A stretch of DNA of 64,000 bases from an uncultured Verrucomicrobiae bacterium (GTDB taxonomy: Bacteria > Verrucomicrobiota > Verrucomicrobiia > Chthoniobacterales > UBA10450): assembly GCA_963735805.1 (NCBI GenBank), contig CAVTMK010000002.1:1600001-1664000 (forward strand), in the 5' to 3' direction. Below, in pieces: positions 31,102-43,269 of the stretch. How positions within the stretch are numbered: position 1 is the first letter of the stretch; every line of letters starts with the position of its first letter. The notes beneath the pieces were generated by a model. That model made no database searches. It saw only the letters and a program-made list of their open reading frames with translations, and was not told the origin of the DNA. Both the position numbers and the translations under genes were made by a program.

Positions 31102-31851
31102 TTAGTGTCCTGATTCGGTGTGCTCTTTTAACAATGCTAAATATTGCGCAATCAATTCGGGGCCATGTACCGCGGACCAATGGCCGGAAATGATCTTATC
31201 AATCTCGAGATGAAGCAGCCGAAGTTTTTCAAGGGTCTTGGGATATTCTTCCAGGTTGGCAAAAGCGAGGTTGCCGAGGTGTTCCTTCAGAATCGAGCCA
31301 GCGTACAGAACCTTTTCCTTCGGAAAGTAAACGAAGATATCGTCTACGTTGTGTGAAGGCCCGAGGTAAAAGCAGCGAATATCGCCGTTCTCAAGTGTAA
31401 AATCGGCGTCGTAGGTCTTCGTCGGAAGAACCAACGGCAGACTGGGATAAGTCGGAAAATACTTGCGGGTAAAATCCCCTGCTTTCGCCCAATCTTTTTC
31501 GAGCGTCTCTTTGGTCAACTTCGTCGAAACGATGTGCGCACCAATGCGCTTCCAGTAGGCGCTGCCTCCCGCGTATTCTGGATCGTGATCGGGGAGAATG
31601 ACGTCGCTGATTGGCTTATTGGTCACCGTCCTGATTGCCTGAGCGAGCAATTCGGCCGTATCTGGAGACCAACCTGCGCCGACGACCGTCACCGACGCCG
31701 CGCCGATATAAACGGCGTAATTTGTTTTTGCGTAGTGTGAATCCTCCGCCACATAGACTGAACCGGACAGCGCGTAGATAGATACACCGGGTTCGGTCGC
31801 CTTAACCACAGAAATCGAGAGTAACCAGATAGAAGCAATGACTAATTTCAC
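31102..31851 (-). CDS. CphA/Sfh-like subclass B2 metallo-beta-lactamase homolog with non-canonical metal site
   Basis: Colinear with CphA over the full length (VYVAED, VTVVGA.W.PDTA, AGG.AYWK.IGA, YP.LPLVLP, FY.GP.H, IFVYFP, ILKE.LGNL, HGPELI); NYHTDR replaced by DHDPEY and Cys221 by Ser. Confidence 0.85.
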   Translation of the reverse strand: MKLVIASIWLLSISVVKATEPGVSIYALSGSVYVAEDSHYAKTNYAVYIGAASVTVVGAGWSPDTAELLAQAIRTVTNKPISDVILPDHDPEYAGGSAYWKRIGAHIVSTKLTKETLEKDWAKAGDFTRKYFPTYPSLPLVLPTKTYDADFTLENGDIRCFYLGPSHNVDDIFVYFPKEKVLYAGSILKEHLGNLAFANLEEYPKTLEKLRLLHLEIDKIISGHWSAVHGPELIAQYLALLKEHTESGH

Positions 31852-31863
31852 GACGAGCAAAGA

Positions 31864-31987
31864 ATCTAACGAGAACAAGATGAGCGACCGTCGCCGAGAG
31901 CGAGCGTGGCTCCGATTGAAACTGCTTTAGTAATCTCAAAACTTGAACACGCAGCGGACGGCGGTTCGCTCCAGCGCTTGGTTAGAC
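31864..31987 (-). mobile_element. integron attC recombination site (124 bp)
   Basis: Minus strand: R'' GTCTAAC 3 nt after the upstream stop, 5-nt spacer, L'' GCTGGAGC, stem GAACCGCCGTCCG/CGGCGACGGTC, L' GCTCATC, R' GTTAGAT. Confidence 0.8.
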
Positions 31988-31990
31988 CCA

Positions 31991-32365
31991 TCATTTATCA
32001 GGAGGGCCCATCTCAGTTTGGAACTCGAGAGATTTGTATTTTTCGAGAATATTCTTCGGAATTCGCGGGAACTTGAGACCGCGGATGACTCTGACAACCA
32101 ATTGGTCAAGGAGCTTGTTCGGAGGAATCGTGGTCACTCTGATTTGGCTGGGGCGTCCAGCGGCGTCTATCTGAAATGAGAACTTCTTCGTTACGTTCCC
32201 GAGCTCGCGATGCTTCGCAAGCTCCGGCATCAGTGCGCCCGCAACGATTCGAGTGACCTCGGCCATGTACAAATCAACTGCGGGCTATAGCGAGTCGGCC
32301 TTTGCACGAGTCGCTAGCGCGCAAACGCACGCGAGCAGGATCGGTGAAGCTAATTTGGCGCGCAT
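31991..32365 (-). pseudogene. secreted TonB C-terminal-like protein with in-frame TAG at codon 27 (cassette gene)
   Basis: MRAKLASPILLACVCALATRAKADSL*PAVDLYMAEV...FQIDAAGRP.QIRV...LLDQ....I..LKFP.IP; flanked by core site and attC. Confidence 0.6.
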
Positions 32366-32368
32366 GAG

Positions 32369-32380
32369 ACCTAACGAGAA
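32369..32380 (-). mobile_element. truncated attC end / cassette core site GTTAGGT
   Basis: TTCTC-GTTAG matches the 3' end of the complete attC; lies 3 nt before the cassette ATG. Confidence 0.55.
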
Positions 32381-32413
32381 TTAGACCTAATTTTTCCGTC
32401 TAATCCAAGCGTC

Positions 32414-34984
<2,571 letters not shown>

Positions 34985-35032
34985 GTTTGCAAAGATAGTG
35001 AACGCAACGCGCAGAGGCAATCGCGCGTGATT

Positions 35033-35138
35033 ATCATTCCGAGCGAAGCGAGGAACCCCGGAGGCCGGGCTCGGATCAGACAAGTTCACATTGTGATCGG
35101 CGATTACCGGGGAGGTCCTTCGCTGCGCTCAGGATGAC
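35033..35138. repeat. GTCAT...ATGAC REP-like stem-loop element (copy 2)
   Basis: ATCATTCCGAGCGAAGCGAGGAACC ... GGTCCTTCGCTGCGCTCAGGATGAC inverted arms. Confidence 0.75.
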
Positions 35139-35202
35139 CGCACGAGCAATGACTATGCTCGTCCATTGCAGGCGTGCTTCATCCCGTCTATGAGTGTTTG
35201 CG

Positions 35203-36477
35203 ATGGAGGAGAAAGAAAAATGGATTGGAGAAAAAGCGCTGGCGCTTTTGCGGCACGGCCCGTTTCGCCGCTACATTATTGGCTCACTGATTTCCGATAG
35301 CGGCACCTGGATGCAAATGATGGCACAAAGCTGGGTGCTGAGCGGGCTCACAAACAAGGCCATCCTGCTTGGACTGGTTAATTTTGCCGCCGGATTGCCC
35401 GCGCTTGCACTCGCTCCCACCGCCGGGTCGCTGGCTGATAAATGGGATAAGCGCAAGATCCTGATCGCTACGCAAATTGTGCAGATCATTTTCGCAATTG
35501 CCCTGGGATTCTTGGTATTGAGCGGGCGTATTCAGATTTGGCACATTATCTTTTTTGCGTTTCTCCTGGGCGTTGCGTTCTCATACGAAATGCCGGCCAT
35601 CTCTGCTCTTGTGCCCGAGCTGGTGAAACGCGATCAGATCGCAGCGGCCGTTGCAGTTGATCGATCCGTATTTCACGGGTCGCGTCTAATCGGACCTTCA
35701 CTGGCAGGCTTCTTTGTCGCGTGGTGGGGTGCCGCAGCGGCATTTTTCGCAAACGGGCTTTCTTTCGTGGCCCTCATCATTGCACTCGTGTCACTGCCGA
35801 AGAGACCGATTGGCACGCCTGAGGAAGAAGCCCAACGTCGCAGCGGCATCATGGAAGGTTTTCGCTATGTCCGCTCAAATCGCGTTGTTCTGTCTCTGAT
35901 CGCCTTGATCGCGTTGAACACGATTTTCGTTTTTCCGGCGATCTCAGTGATGCTGCCACTTTATGTGCGCGATATTCTCCATTTGGGTGCGCAAAGCATG
36001 GGAGGACTGATGGCGGTATCTGGCAGCGGCGCCTTTCTCGGGTCGATTGGCCTGCTCAGCGTTGCGCGCAAGAACCGCTTGCGATTCATGGGCGGCAATG
36101 TGTTCGCGATTGCTGTGGGAGTGTTTTTCATGTCGCGGTCGCAAAGTTTCTTACTCACGGCCTGTGCCATGGGTGCCATTGCCATCGCGCTTTCGATGAA
36201 CTTCGGTTTGACTAACACGATTGTGCAGGAACAGGCGCCGCCGCATCTGCGTGGCCGGGTCTCTGCCGTAGTGGGTATGAGCTTTTTCGGGTTAATGCCC
36301 ATTGCCGGACTGATCACGCCTGGCTTTTCCGATCTGATCGGAATGCGAACAACACTAGCTATCGCCGCGGTGGTATACGGAATCGCCGCGGCTCTAGTTT
36401 TAAGTCTGGCTGGGCGTCACGTGTGCGACCACGCCGTTTCACCAGCCCCGGAGCCCGAGATCGAGCCGGTCTGCTGA
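35203..36477 (+). CDS. MFS transporter (DHA3 / MFS_3-like)
   Basis: FRRY..G..IS..GTWMQ, GSLADKWDKRK, RGRV; about 12 TM helices. Confidence 0.92.
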   Translation: MEEKEKWIGEKALALLRHGPFRRYIIGSLISDSGTWMQMMAQSWVLSGLTNKAILLGLVNFAAGLPALALAPTAGSLADKWDKRKILIATQIVQIIFAIALGFLVLSGRIQIWHIIFFAFLLGVAFSYEMPAISALVPELVKRDQIAAAVAVDRSVFHGSRLIGPSLAGFFVAWWGAAAAFFANGLSFVALIIALVSLPKRPIGTPEEEAQRRSGIMEGFRYVRSNRVVLSLIALIALNTIFVFPAISVMLPLYVRDILHLGAQSMGGLMAVSGSGAFLGSIGLLSVARKNRLRFMGGNVFAIAVGVFFMSRSQSFLLTACAMGAIAIALSMNFGLTNTIVQEQAPPHLRGRVSAVVGMSFFGLMPIAGLITPGFSDLIGMRTTLAIAAVVYGIAAALVLSLAGRHVCDHAVSPAPEPEIEPVC

Positions 36478-36502
36478 TAATCAACCGTGGCGTTTCGCAG
36501 AA

Positions 36503-36582
36503 TGGAGCGGCGGGCGCCGAGCGACATGGACGAGAAGCCCGAAGGGTGAGCGAGGTGGCACGAGCGAATCAAGCGCCTTACA
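36503..36582. repeat. intergenic repeat-like element (GGAGCGGCGG..CCGAGCGACATGGA..GCCCGAAGGGTGAG..GAATCAA)
   Basis: Internal hairpin CCCGAAGGG; resembles a dispersed repeat recalled from related genomes; single copy in this window. Confidence 0.35.
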
Positions 36583-36595
36583 GTTTGTTAGGCCG

Positions 36596-37511
36596 ATGAT
36601 TTCCTTTTCCACGGGTTGGAACTCCGAGCGCCATACTACTGGCGACGCAATGCTGCGTGAAATCAAAGCCAAACTTGGGTTTGATTTGATTGAGCTGGAT
36701 CACTCTGTCCGAATGTCGCTGATGCCGGGAATTCAAAAGATGTTTAATGCCGGAGAAATCCACTTCAGCAGTTTGCATAATTTTTGTCCGCCACTTCCCG
36801 AAGCCACGGTAACTTCGATCGACTGTTCTAAATTTTCAGCCGCGTCAGCCGCCGAACGTGAGCGCGCTGTCATACAAACATTTCAATCGATTGATCTCGC
36901 CGCGCAATTAAGCACCCCATTCATCGTATTACATCTGGGACAGGTGAACATGAACCCAATAACCCATCGGTTGATTGCGATGGCGAAAGCCGGCAGATAC
37001 CTGTCGCGCGAGTACGTGAGAATGAAAATCGGTGCCGTGCAAGAACGCGAAAAGATTGCGCCCGAATGTCTGGAGCGCGTGAAAGATTGTCTGCGTCGCA
37101 TTGTAGAGTATGCGGCTCCAAAAAATGTTAGGATTGGTTTGGAAGCCCGGCGCGATTATGAACAAATTCCAACTGAACGCGAACTGGTGGAGCTACTTGA
37201 CCAGATGGACTCACCGTTCCTTGGTTATTGGCATGATTTCGGTCACTCGCAGATCAAAGAGAACCTGGGATTCCTCGATCACGCCGAGTGGCTGCGCGCG
37301 GTCGGTACCACGTGCGTTTGGCTGCCATGTGCACGACTGCGTATGGCCTGCGCGAGATCATCAACCGCCATTTACCGGAGGTATTGATTTTGAAAAACTT
37401 GTTCCGCTCCTTCCTGCAAACTGCTTATTTGTCTGGGAGATGAACGCGAACAGGACAGCCGATGCGATTCGCAAGTCGGTCGAAATATGGGAGGAACGTT
37501 TCGGCACATGA
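36596..37511 (+). pseudogene. sugar phosphate isomerase/epimerase (TIM barrel), frameshift near 37307
   Basis: SSLHNFCP, VLHLG, GLE.R, YWHDFGH in one frame; GCHVHD...DHQPP..G.IDF...VWE in the next; removing one A restores VGPRAFGCHVHD. Confidence 0.8.
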
Positions 37512-38536
37512 AAAAAATCCTGGTCACTGTTTTCCAGGTCAGCGTCACCATCGCGGTGCTTTACTGGGTCTACCACGATCCTAGCAGGCGGGCGCAGATG
37601 GTTGAAGCGATCCGAAACGCTCAGTATCGCTGGGTTGCCATGGGGATTCTGGCATACGCGCTGGTGGAAATCGCTGCCGCTTTTCGCTGGAACGTTCTGT
37701 TGAAGGTCCAAAAGATCCATCTGAGTCTTCCCAGGCTCTCGGGTTTGTTCCTTATAGGAATGTTTTACAACCAGTTTCTCCCCGGAGGAACGGGCGGCGA
37801 TATCATGAAAAGCTATTACCTGCTCAAGGAAACACCGGACAAGAAAGCTGGGGCATTGCTCGCCGTCGTGTTTGATCGTTTCATTGGTCTTGTTGCGTTG
37901 GTCGCCATTACTGTCACGCTCATTGGACTGCGCTATGATTTTCTCGCACAAACTGCCGAGACGCGAAATTTGCTCTGGATCCTCCTTTTCCTGCTCGGCG
38001 TATCGGTCCTGACGCTGATATCCACTTTTGTAATCAGCGGATTTAACCTGTTTCATTCATTGCCAGAGAAGTTCCCCGGCCGGGACAAGTTGATCGAGAT
38101 TTCCGCAGCTTATCACCTTTACGCACATCATTGGCGCGCGACGCTCGTCGCGTTTGGAGCATCTCTGGTCGCGCACCTGGCCACGTTCTCAACTTTTCTC
38201 TGTGCGGCGTACGCACTGGGCGCCCCCGTGCCAGTGGTAAACTTTTTTGCGGTGATGCCAGTGGAACGCACCATCTCCGCACTGCCCATTAGTTTCGCGG
38301 GAATCGGCCTTCGGGAAAAGATCCTGCAGATCATGCTCAGCAGCCTTTGCGGCGTACCGGAAGCCAAGGCCATTCTGATTGGTTCCCTGAGCTTCCTCAT
38401 CATCCTTGTCTGTTGCCTGCCCGGTGCGATCGTTTATCTCTTTTACAAACCAAGCGGCGCGGCCGGGCGCGTAAAAATGCGCGAAATGGAACACGAAGTA
38501 GTCGCCCTGGAACGTAAGATTGGCGAAACGGAATGA
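37508..38536 (+). CDS. lysylphosphatidylglycerol synthase TM (flippase-like) domain protein
   Basis: RW..LL, NQFLPGGTGGD, DRFIG, LPISFAGIGLRE. Confidence 0.9.
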   Translation: MKKILVTVFQVSVTIAVLYWVYHDPSRRAQMVEAIRNAQYRWVAMGILAYALVEIAAAFRWNVLLKVQKIHLSLPRLSGLFLIGMFYNQFLPGGTGGDIMKSYYLLKETPDKKAGALLAVVFDRFIGLVALVAITVTLIGLRYDFLAQTAETRNLLWILLFLLGVSVLTLISTFVISGFNLFHSLPEKFPGRDKLIEISAAYHLYAHHWRATLVAFGASLVAHLATFSTFLCAAYALGAPVPVVNFFAVMPVERTISALPISFAGIGLREKILQIMLSSLCGVPEAKAILIGSLSFLIILVCCLPGAIVYLFYKPSGAAGRVKMREMEHEVVALERKIGETE

Positions 38537-38558
38537 CGTTTCCTTTCGACGTCCATTG

Positions 38559-39263
38559 ATGAAGCGCAAACGTCCGCGCCCGTTTGTCGTCGCCACCTTC
38601 GCGATGACCGTCGACGGCAAGGTTACCACGAAACACCTGTCGCCAGTCGATTTTACTTCACGTGAGGATAAGTTGCATTTGTTTCGTCAGCGTGCTTCAG
38701 CCGACGCGGTAATCATCGGACATACCAGTTTGAAACGTGACAATGTCCGGCTCGGTTTGCCAGTTAAAATGCAGGAAACCAGAATGAAGCGCGGTCAAAC
38801 TCGCGGTCCATTACGCGTGATTGTTTCCAACGAAGGCAAAATCGACCATCGCTTGAAAATTTTTCAGTCGGACATTTCGCCCATTGTCATTTTCTCTACC
38901 AAACGAATGCCGCGAAAATATCAGCATGCCTTGGAGAAAAAAGCGACGCTCCATCTCAGCGATGCAGGTCATATTGATCTTGTCGTTATGCTGCAAACAT
39001 TACGCAGCAAATACAGGGTTCGCACACTCGAATGCGAAGGGGGCCCAACGCTTTTTCGGGCTTTGTTGGAACATGGCCTGGTCGATCAGCTCAATTTAAC
39101 CATTGCGCCGCACATGTTTGGTGGAGCAAAGGCTCCGACGCTGACAGGGGTGAGCAAGAAATTCCTGCCTGCCAGTGTGCATTGTTTGTTGTCCGATATG
39201 CGAATTGTCGGCGACGAATGTTTTCTTACGTATCGAATCAAGCATCAGCGGCGCCGAAATTAG
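38559..39263 (+). CDS. RibD C-terminal / dihydrofolate reductase family protein
   Basis: RPFV...AMTVDGK, DAVIIG, CEGGPTL, LVDQL.LTIAP..FGG. Confidence 0.9.
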   Translation: MKRKRPRPFVVATFAMTVDGKVTTKHLSPVDFTSREDKLHLFRQRASADAVIIGHTSLKRDNVRLGLPVKMQETRMKRGQTRGPLRVIVSNEGKIDHRLKIFQSDISPIVIFSTKRMPRKYQHALEKKATLHLSDAGHIDLVVMLQTLRSKYRVRTLECEGGPTLFRALLEHGLVDQLNLTIAPHMFGGAKAPTLTGVSKKFLPASVHCLLSDMRIVGDECFLTYRIKHQRRRN

Positions 39264-39441
39264 GCGCCTCCCTGCGACGTGGTCGCCGGACAAGTTCACC
39301 GCCGCAATTTGGACAAACGAAATTCATTTGTCCGGCACAACTTGCGCAGTACGTGCATTCGTAGCTGCAAATATATGCCGTCCCGTCCGGTGCGACTGTG
39401 GTCCTGCATTTTTCGCAGATTGTTTTGAGTTCCAACGCCAT
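39238..39441 (-). CDS. DUF1272 zinc-finger protein
   Basis: CEKC, ICSYECTYC..C, CPNCGGELVRRP. Confidence 0.88.
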   Translation of the reverse strand: MALELKTICEKCRTTVAPDGTAYICSYECTYCASCAGQMNFVCPNCGGELVRRPRRREAPNFGAADA

Positions 39442-39578
39442 TTCTCAATCTCGTTTCTAATCTGCAGGAGCACCTCAAATCATTCAACGCTGGAAGCTAA
39501 CTCCGATCGCTCTTTTGTTTTTAACGTGCGATTGCGAGCCATTGTATGTACGCTCGCGGTCTTTTCTGGAGGAACAGT

Positions 39579-42062
39579 ATGCTCAAACCAGTAAAATGTT
39601 TTGTTGCGATTGGAATTATAGTCGCGTCACAAACGACCGGATCCATTGCTGCCGACGCTGACTGGGACAGAACGGTCTTGCCCCGACCACCTCAGCCCTT
39701 TCAAGGTGTGGCCAAACGTACACTGGAAGGATCCGTGGCAGCCTTTACCCCTCCCGTGAAGGCTCCGCCGAATGCGCCGAATGTCCTGCTCGTCTTGATC
39801 GACGACGCGGGATTCGGTAATCCATCCACGTTCGGCGGTCCCGTGGCTACGCCTACATTGGACAAAGTTGCTGCAGAGGGACTTCGTTACAATCGATTCC
39901 ACGTCACGGCGCTTTGTTCACCGACGCGCGCAGCGCTGCTATCGGGTCGAAACCATCACGCGGTCGGATTTGGGTCGATCTGCGAACTCATCGGCGGCTG
40001 GCCCGGGTATAGCACGAACTGGCCGACTAGCGCGGCATCCATAGCGAAGATTCTTCAGGGCAACGGCTATAACACGGCTGCGATCGGTAAGTGGCATCTG
40101 ACACCTGATTCACAGCAGGGCCCTGCCGGCCCTTTTGATCGCTGGCCAAACGCACTCGGCTTCGATTATTTCTGGGGATTTCTCGGTGGCGAAAGCGGTC
40201 AGTTCGATCCGGTAATCACAGAGAATAACAGCATTATAGGCGTGCCAACGGAGAAGAACTTCTATTTAAACGACGCGATGGTAGAACACGCGATTACCTG
40301 GATTCGCGATCAAAAAGCACAGGCGCCAGATAAGCCTTTCTTTCTCTACTTCTCGACTGGGGCAACTCACGCGCCACACCAAGTTCCGAAGGAATGGAGC
40401 GACAAATACAAAGGCAAATTTGATCAAGGCTGGGACAAGTTGCGCGAAGAGACGTTCGCCCGACAGAAACAGCTCGGCGTGATTCCGAACAACGCCAAGC
40501 TTACTCCTCGTGATCCGGCGTTCCCGGCTTGGGACAGCCTACCGGCGGAAGTAAAGAAACTGTATTCGCATCAGATGGAAGTTTACGCGGGCTACCAGGA
40601 AAACGCTGACCACGCCGTTGGGCAGGTCGTCAAAGCTATTGAGGATATGGGACTCGCCGATAACACGTTGATTATTTACATCTTTGGTGATAACGGCGCC
40701 AGCCTGGAAGGGACCGAGAGCGGGACATTCAACGAAATGACTACCTTGAATGGTGTTCCCCTCACGACCGACCAGCAATTGAAAGCAATTAAAGCTTACG
40801 GCGGTCTGGACAAATGGGGTGGTCCGGATATGGCTCCACATTACGCGGCGGCGTGGGCGTGGGCTGGTAACACGCCATTCAAGTGGGGTAAGCAGGTGGC
40901 CTCACATCTCGGCGGTATTCGTAATCCCATGGTTATCGCGTGGCCAAATCGCATCAAGGACAAAGGCGGTTTGAGAAGTCAGTTTACTCATTGCACCGAC
41001 ATTGCGCCGACGATCCTGGAAGCCGCTGGCCTGCCAGAACCAAAGGAAGTCAACGGCGTACCTCAGATGCCAATGCAGGGCGCAAGTTTTCTCTCCACAT
41101 TCGATGATGCCAAGGCGCCCTCGCAACACACGCAGCAGTACTTCGAGATTTTGGGAAACCGCGCAATGTATAAGGACGGCTGGCTGGCATCCTGGCGACT
41201 GGACCGAATTCCATGGAAGATTGATCCGGAAACACTCTCGCGATTCGCACCAGGCAAATGGGACCCGAATAAGGATAAATGTGAGCTATACAATCTGGAC
41301 GAGGACTTCTCACAGGCTGACGACGTCGCCGACAAATATCCGGACAAAGTGCGCGAACTAACAGAGCTGTTCTGGGCCGAAGCCGAGAAATATCAGGTAC
41401 TGCCATTACTCGGAGAGATGGCAACGGTATGGGGATTTCCAAAGGGTTTACCGGACCAGACGAAGTTCACTTACTACAACGGAACGGAAAATATCTCTTC
41501 GGGCATGATTCCTCCTATCTATAACCGTTCGTACACCATCAGCGCAGACTTGTTTAATCCGGGGCGCCCAGGTCTCGGATTGCGGCCTGGTATGGCAGGC
41601 GTGATTGTCGCCGAGGGCAGTTTTCTTGGCGGGTTCTCGTTTTATGTGGAAAACGGCTACCTCAAGTACACCTATAGCTTGCTCGGTCTGAAACTGGATA
41701 CCATAAGTTCACGTGATGCGTTGCCTGAGGGCAAAATGAATGTGCGTTATGAATTCACCGCCGATAAGCCCGGCGAGTTCGGTACTGGCGGCACGAGCCG
41801 ACTTTTCATCAATGGCAAACAGGAAGCGGAGGCACAAATGGAGCACACCGTGCCTTTTCGGTTCGCTTCCTATGCCGGCATGGACATCGGCACTGACAAT
41901 GGTCTTCCAGTCGTCCCAAAATTCGAATACACCAAGGTATTACCGAAGTATTTCAGAGGCACGATTGAAAAAGTCGAGTTCGACCTTGGTCCGGCCAAAC
42001 TTAGTAACGAAGACCTTCAGCGCAGGTATCTGCAGCGCTTCGCTAAGGCGGTGAGCAATTGA
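39579..42062 (+). CDS. secreted Cys-type arylsulfatase
   Basis: GGAGGA RBS; PNVLLVLIDD, ALCSPTRAALLSGR (CxPxR), GKWHL, HAPH, GDNG. Confidence 0.95.
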   Translation: MLKPVKCFVAIGIIVASQTTGSIAADADWDRTVLPRPPQPFQGVAKRTLEGSVAAFTPPVKAPPNAPNVLLVLIDDAGFGNPSTFGGPVATPTLDKVAAEGLRYNRFHVTALCSPTRAALLSGRNHHAVGFGSICELIGGWPGYSTNWPTSAASIAKILQGNGYNTAAIGKWHLTPDSQQGPAGPFDRWPNALGFDYFWGFLGGESGQFDPVITENNSIIGVPTEKNFYLNDAMVEHAITWIRDQKAQAPDKPFFLYFSTGATHAPHQVPKEWSDKYKGKFDQGWDKLREETFARQKQLGVIPNNAKLTPRDPAFPAWDSLPAEVKKLYSHQMEVYAGYQENADHAVGQVVKAIEDMGLADNTLIIYIFGDNGASLEGTESGTFNEMTTLNGVPLTTDQQLKAIKAYGGLDKWGGPDMAPHYAAAWAWAGNTPFKWGKQVASHLGGIRNPMVIAWPNRIKDKGGLRSQFTHCTDIAPTILEAAGLPEPKEVNGVPQMPMQGASFLSTFDDAKAPSQHTQQYFEILGNRAMYKDGWLASWRLDRIPWKIDPETLSRFAPGKWDPNKDKCELYNLDEDFSQADDVADKYPDKVRELTELFWAEAEKYQVLPLLGEMATVWGFPKGLPDQTKFTYYNGTENISSGMIPPIYNRSYTISADLFNPGRPGLGLRPGMAGVIVAEGSFLGGFSFYVENGYLKYTYSLLGLKLDTISSRDALPEGKMNVRYEFTADKPGEFGTGGTSRLFINGKQEAEAQMEHTVPFRFASYAGMDIGTDNGLPVVPKFEYTKVLPKYFRGTIEKVEFDLGPAKLSNEDLQRRYLQRFAKAVSN

Positions 42063-42199
42063 GTAACACAGCGCACTTGATTGATGCTGTGGTCCGGAAC
42101 GCCCTGTAAAGTTCACCATTTCAACGCGCCTGAGCCGCCTTGTGTCGGATAACATGTCTACACAAACCGTTGCCCAACAGCATCTGTGTTTAACTCACC

Positions 42200-42955
42200 T
42201 CACTTCGCGAGGTGATTCATCACATTTATCAGTGGCTCGCTTGGGATGTGTATCAGGCCGCCAAAAGGTTGGTCCAGTTCGAGAATCAGAAAAATCGCAC
42301 ACGCAACTGAGAAGGCAGAGGCGACAAGGGCGAGCATGGTCGTTGCGTTCGGTGGCGCGATCACGCTGAAGCCGAAAAAAATGACCACGAGCCAGGACAC
42401 AAGAATAATTAACATTGGCTCGGAAATTGATGGTATCGACTGCGCTACCAACAGCAATCGAAGCTGACTAAGATCCACCATGAGAGTCGTCACCTGCCCC
42501 TTGAGTGCGCGTTGAGCGTCATCGTGTGGCGAAAATTGCTGGACGGTAACAAAGACCGCGTCACCAACCTGCTGGTTTGGGGCTAACTCGGCAATCCCGC
42601 CCTGGTCTGCGGGCCAAATGCGCCGAACCGCATCGGCAACAGCATCACGAAGCTCTCCGCGAGCTTGCGCAGCTTCTGGTCCGTAGAGCGTCAACACGCG
42701 GTCGAGAAAGGCAACCTTTGCTGCCATTTGGATAACTTCACTTCGTTTCGTGTCGTAGCTATCCTTCGCTGAGCTTACCAGCAATCCCAGAACGAGAGCG
42801 GTCATGGTAGCAACGAGGCCCATCGCAAGCTTCACGGCATCCTTGGAGTCGCTGCTCAAATGAGCCTCAGGAAGGTAATGATGCACACGCCTTCCCAGGA
42901 ACGCGGCGCCGACGAGACATACAAATAAAATGGCAGCGACCAGGATTAGACTCAT
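42200..42955 (-). CDS. DUF4239 / bestrophin-like membrane protein
   Basis: GLVATMTALVLGLLVSSAK, LDRVL..YGPE, LILELDQPFGG. Confidence 0.85.
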   Translation of the reverse strand: MSLILVAAILFVCLVGAAFLGRRVHHYLPEAHLSSDSKDAVKLAMGLVATMTALVLGLLVSSAKDSYDTKRSEVIQMAAKVAFLDRVLTLYGPEAAQARGELRDAVADAVRRIWPADQGGIAELAPNQQVGDAVFVTVQQFSPHDDAQRALKGQVTTLMVDLSQLRLLLVAQSIPSISEPMLIILVSWLVVIFFGFSVIAPPNATTMLALVASAFSVACAIFLILELDQPFGGLIHIPSEPLINVMNHLAK

Positions 42956-42956
42956 G

Positions 42957-43146
42957 ACTTCATTCGATCAACGCTGCAGGCTTGTCTTTTTGCGCAACAA
43001 TAATCCGGAAACTGGTGTGACTTTGCGTGGTGGAATCCACCTGGCTTGTCGGTGAAGATGATTGTCGCGCCTGGCGTGAAGACGCCTGTCGTCTTTCCTG
43101 GGAACTCACTCGGGACGTTAAATGACGAAAACAACGACTTCAGCAT
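42957..43146 (-). pseudogene. gene remnant, possibly the C-terminus of an L,D-transpeptidase-like protein
   Basis: With one frameshift near 43040 it reads PGATIIFTDKP-VDSTTQSHTSFRIIVA; N-terminal domain absent; family assignment recalled only. Confidence 0.25.
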
Positions 43147-43269
43147 CGCAAATTTAGAATAATTAGATTTCCACGATGATTTAGATCGCCTTGGGTCTAG
43201 TCAATGCCTTTTTGATGCGATGCATTCGTGTGTTCCGTTGTGGCGAAGTCGACGCTTAGGATAACCCGT

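Noticed and set aside
31102..31851. Calling this gene a functional carbapenemase (cphA)
   Set aside because: Two of the three B2 zinc ligands and His118 are substituted, so resistance cannot be inferred
32285..32287. Pyrrolysine or amber recoding of the in-frame TAG
   Set aside because: TAG terminates many ordinary genes in this window, and no pyl genes are present
34985..35089. N-terminal extension of ClpB (likewise the NUDIX ORF extension at 5964-6056)
   Set aside because: Translation through REP-like elements; conserved starts lie downstream
34985..35200. CIRCE/HrcA operator upstream of clpB
   Set aside because: No TTAGCACTC-N9-GAGTGCTAA found
36480..36593. Possible second attC ending in GTTAGGC before the isomerase gene
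   Set aside because: No matching RYYYAAC box or L boxes; better explained as a dispersed repeat
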